From Azolla caroliniana (lineage: Eukaryota > Plantae > Polypodiophyta): DNA of 64,000 bases. The notes under the pieces are model-generated. The model saw only the letters and a program-made list of their open reading frames with translations, had not been told where the DNA came from and searched no databases. The stretch lies in the NCBI GenBank assembly GCA_043228905.1, contig JBHGNT010000012.1, positions 12,772,001 through 12,836,000 of the forward strand. Reading direction: 5' to 3'. The translations under genes were made by a program, and so were the position numbers. Positions 59,914-64,000 of this stretch are shown here, piece after piece; within the stretch, counting starts at the first letter, position 1; each line of letters starts with the position of its first letter.

Positions 59914-60765
59914 TGACGGGAACTTAAGGCTCCTTATGTCCAACACTCGGCCACAACCGAGCTTCTTTTCATACGCAGAAAACGGGAAACAAATGCACGA
60001 CACAGTGGAGAGGAAAAATAATAGTACACAGGAGGTTTACGTGGAAAACCCCAAACTAGGGGAAAAACCACGGCAGCCCACAGGCTACAAACTGTCACTA
60101 TGTGAGAATGTACAACAGTGAGTTCACTGAGGCAACGACCTCGTGCTCACAGATCTTCGCCACACGCGACGGTTACAACAGAGGCAACGACCTCTTTCTC
60201 TCTCTCTGTACACTATTACGTGCTCTCTCTTCTTCTTGCACCAACAAAGAAAAATGACAACAACAACAGTTACTAAAAGTTTGCCCTAAGTCATATTTAT
60301 ACTAATATGACTTTTCGGCTATTTACAAATGTAGCCTCGATGGGCTCTCAGAAACATATTTACGAATATGTCTCTTCATCCGGTTCTCACCGGGTCTGTA
60401 CCATCCGGCTCTCCGTAGCCGGGTACTCCTCATCCGGTTCATACCGGGCCTGCACCATCCGGCTCTCCGTAGCCGGGTACTCCTCATCCGGTTCATACCG
60501 GGCCTGCACCATCCAGCTCTCCGTAGTCGGGTACTCCTCATCCGGTTCATACCGGGCCTGCACCATCCAGCTCTCCGTAGCCGGGTACTCCTCATCCGGT
60601 TCATACCGGGTCTGCACCATCCGGCTCTCCGTAGCCGGGTACTCCTCATCTGGTTCATACCAGGCCTGCACCATCCGGCTCTCCGTAGCCGGGTACTCCT
60701 CATACGGTTTTAGCCATCGGCACTGTTCTTCTTCCTTCCCATCCGGAGGGACCTGTTTCCCAACA
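59914..60765 (-). repeat. C 5' LTR (852 bp; six 54-bp repeats at ~60376-60702)
   Basis: Adjacent to PBS TGGTATCAAAGC on the minus strand. Confidence 0.95.
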
Positions 60766-63700
60766 TACTGTTGGGACGTCCTTGGTTAAAAATGGCACAT
60801 ATCAAGCAGAACTGGAGGAGGAATATGATTACGTTCCGGCGGGGAAAAGCGAAGGTACGGGTACCAACACAACAAAGGAAGGGCACCGGCAAGGACCTGA
60901 CACCGTTATATGCGGAGTGTGTCAATATGCTGGAGGGATTAGTAGATGAAGAAGAAGAGCAGTACTTGCTGGAGAACCCGAAGATTGTACCCCACTTCGA
61001 AATTGACGTCGCGGAGGCGGTATCACCCTACTCACTGCAACCGGACGAAACTGAAGCGGAACCGGATAAAGAAGCAATCCAGGAGTTATGGCAGGCGCAG
61101 GAGGCGTTGGAAAGGGAAATGGTCGTATCCTAGCGCGTAAAAGCGTCCCAATTAGAAGAAGTAAATCTGGGAACGGCGGAGGAGGCAAAACCAGTACACA
61201 TCGCCAAAGAAATGAATGCAGAGAACAAAACAGCGATAATTACACTCCTCAACGAGTTTCGCGACGTCTTTGCCTAGTCGTATGAGGATATGAGAGGCTT
61301 GGATCCTCAGTTGTATCAGCACCAGATATATCTGAGCAAAGACGCCAAGTCGGTGGCACAGCGTCATTACCGAATGAACCCACACTACGCTGCCAAAGTC
61401 AAGGAGGAGATCGACAAATTACTGAGGGTCGGCTTTATCCGTCCCGTAAAGAAATCTACATGGCTGAGCCCGATTGTAGTCGTACCAAAAAAGAACGGAA
61501 AAATTAGAGTTTGTGTCGACTACCGGAAGCTCAATGCGTCAACGGTAACGGATGCATTTCCACTTCCGTTTACGGATGGAGTTTTGGATGTCGTCGCCGG
61601 CCATGAAGTCTATAGTTTCTTAGACGGATTCAAAGGGTATAATCAGATCCGGAAGCACCCTAAGGATCAAGAGAAAACGGCTTTCGTCACCGAATGGGGA
61701 GTGTTTGTTGCGGTGGTGATGATGTTCGGGCTGAAAACGGCACCAGCAACATTCCAACGGATCATCATGGAGATCTTTGGCGAATACATACCGGCTTTTA
61801 TGCAGGTGTTCCTTGACGACTTCGCCGTCTATAGTAGAGAAGAAGATCATTTGCAGCATCTTAGACTATGTCTAGAGAAGTGTAGGGCGTACCGGCTAAG
61901 CCTGAATCCGGCGAAGTGTGTATTTGGAGTGGCCAGCGGAACGCTACTAGGGCATATAGTAAGCAAGGAAGGCATTGTCGTAGATCCGGACAAAGTGAAA
62001 GCAATCCGGGAAGCACCAGCCCCGGCAACGGCAAAGGCATTGAGCCGTTTCCTAGGACAAATCCGTTGGCATAGCCGTATGCTCCGATATTTGGCAGACT
62101 TGGCTACACCTCTGCATACGGCAGTACATCGAACACCGTTCCAATGGACCGACATCGAAGACAAGGCGTACCGGGCACTAAAGTTGTTATTGTCACAAGC
62201 ACCGGTAGTGTAGCCTCCTGATTGGAGTAAAGAATTTCATGTGTTCGTGGACGCTTCCGATATCGCAATCGGCAACGCACTCATGCAGCTTACTGAGCCA
62301 AGGTGGTACCGGCCAGTGTACTATGCCAGCCGGAAGCTATCCCAAGCGGAGCGAAATTATTCTACCACGGAAAGGGAAGCTTTAGGAATGATCTACAGTG
62401 TAACAAAATTCAGGCATTATTTATTGGGAAGAAAGTTCTCCTTCCATGTGGATCATTCGGCACTCCTTTACCTAGTATCCAAAGCGTCACTTACCGGTAA
62501 GCTGGCCCGGTGGACTTTGTTGTTGCAAGAGTTTGAATTCGAGATATTCCACCGACCCGGCATACAGCATGCGGTCGCAGATTATCTAAGCTGGCTAGAT
62601 TCCGGGGAGACAGGGGACGGAGTACCGGACGAGTTTCCGGATGCAGAGCTTTCTCGAGTCACCACTAAAACGACAACAGATGAAACAGTGGCACAAGAAG
62701 ATAAGTGGCGAACTAATATGCACCAGTTTCTGAGCACCGGATTGCTGCCGGAGGAGATGAACCGGGACGAGAGAAAACTCCTGGCGGTACAGAGCCGTCA
62801 CTTCTATTTATTACAGGACACGCTATACCACAAAGGTGCGGACGGTATCTGGCGACGAATAGTGCGTAGCGACGAGAAGGAGGTAATACTACGGGAAGCA
62901 CACTGCGGAGTCGCCGGAGGCCATTATGCCGGAGATGCGACGGCAAGGAAAGTATGGCAAAGTGGCCTATGGTGGCCGACCACATTGAAAGATGCAGTCC
63001 GGTATGCGAAGGACTGTGATCTATGCCAACGAATAGGTCAGCCAACGGAACAAGCTCGGATGCCACACTAGCCAGTCCTGCCACTAGAACCATTCCAGAA
63101 ATGGGGGCTGGATTTCGTCGGGCCATTCAAACCACCAGCAATGAGAACCGGCAACCGGTACGTGATCGTCGCGACGGATTACTGCACTAAGTGGGTGGAA
63201 GCGAAAGCCTTACGAGACAACACCGCGGCGTCAACAACGAAATTCTTATACGAATCCATTTGGTGCCGGTACGGATGCCCCATAGAACTGATAAGCGACC
63301 AAGGAGGGCATTTTCTTGGACAAATGGTAGAAAGTTTGACGTTCTATGCGGTAGTACATAAAAGAAGCACACCGTACTATCCGCAAGCAAATGGGTTAGT
63401 TGAGTCGATGAACAAAACGCTCCAAAATATCCTCTGGAAGATCATCAATGAAAATCGGACAAATTGGGACACAAAGTTGCACAGTGCGCTCTGGGCTTAC
63501 CAGACAGCGTACAAAAGAAGCCTCCGGACAACACCGTTCCGGTTAGCATTCGGATTGGAGGCAGTCATGCCGGTCGAGTTCTAGGTACCAAGCTTACGGA
63601 TTCAGATTAAGGAACGATTGAACGAAAAGGAATCGGAGGCAATTCGGTTAAAGGCTCTGTGCGAACTAGAAGAACACCGACTGGCAAGCATTATGCACCT

Positions 63701-63805
63701 GGAATTGGAACAACGGACACGGAAAGCATTTGTAGATCGGCACCGGAAGGGAAACGAAAAAATGTTCGGGATCGGCAAGCCGGTACTCGTGATCCAGACC
63801 CGGAT
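60766..63805 (+). pseudogene. A4 pol, multiple CAG>TAG / TGG>TAG stops
   Basis: ORFs 60771-61133, 61290-62213, 62241-63071, 63141-63584 and 63618-63805. Confidence 0.93.
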
Positions 63806-63810
63806 CACGA

Positions 63811-64000
63811 GTACTCGTCATCCAGGGGAAACTTGGTCGCAACAAGTTGATTTGCATACCCATGAACGTACTGATGTGTTTGACGATGCTCCAACCGTCT
63901 TCGTATTTCAGCCGTACGATTTTCCTCATCAACGAGGTTTTATTCAGCGTGTTCTTCCTCTCATATAGACCCGACAACTTCTGCCACATCTCGTGAGCAT
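63811..64000 (-). mobile_element. Copia (C-related) gag fragment fused to A4 integrase
   Basis: AHEMWQKLSGLYERKNTLNKTSLMRKIVRLKY aligns with C gag AHELWEKIGIMCQNKNAVNQVSVFRKLVRLRY; no LTR at the junction. Confidence 0.85.

Larger units (their letters stand above)
44964..60765 (-). mobile_element. Copia element C (Tnt1/Tork-like), full length, host of A3
   Basis: LTRs 59914-60765 and 44964-45709; Met PBS 59911-59900; PPT 45720-45710; TSD TATTG/TACTG; removing it restores QGAYPLLLGRPW of A4. Confidence 0.95.
42036..63805 (+). mobile_element. Family-A copy A4, decayed, split by Copia C, 3'-truncated
   Basis: 5' LTR 42036-42505, PBS 42513-42522, gag-PR 42561-44963, PR-RT-RH-INT 60766-63805. Confidence 0.92.

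Noticed and set aside
60376-60702. 54-bp array as a CRISPR array or a repeat-protein gene (ORFs 60307-60789, 45359-45928)
   Set aside because: Head-to-tail units with no unique spacers and no cas genes, lying inside Copia LTRs. The ORFs are open only because the unit is a stop-free multiple of 3.
63618-63968. ORF spanning the right-end junction as a novel protein
   Set aside because: Integrase fragment reading into antisense Copia gag across a deletion junction.

Overview
This 64-kb window is plant-type (probably seed-free plant) heterochromatin made almost entirely of nested LTR retrotransposons, with no recognisable host gene. Labels used here: family A is a non-chromovirus Ty3/Gypsy with a single gag-pol ORF plus a large sense ORF2, present in five copies (A1 1-3691 -, A2 16752-33861 -, A5 ~38823-42035 -, A4 42036-~63805 +, intact A3 46444-56339 +). 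D is a Tcn1/Tf1-like Gypsy, E a chromodomain Gypsy, F a young GC-rich Gypsy with a tRNA-Trp PBS and 4-bp TSD, and B and C are Copia elements. There is also one solo LTR and a degraded transposase-like remnant. Two four-level nests are visible: B2<E<A2<F and A5<A4<C<A3. The main unexpected signal is that both family-A insertions with two visible junctions are flanked by 307-bp and 375-bp direct duplications of the target instead of a 5-bp TSD. In both, the U3 (TG) end is clean and the U5 (CA) end is clipped, while neighbouring elements have normal 4-5 bp TSDs. Family A also lacks a polypurine tract next to the 3' LTR, where it has a conserved motif instead, and carries a conserved coiled-coil ORF2 of about 960 aa. 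All coordinates and identities were read by eye and lineage names are unverified.
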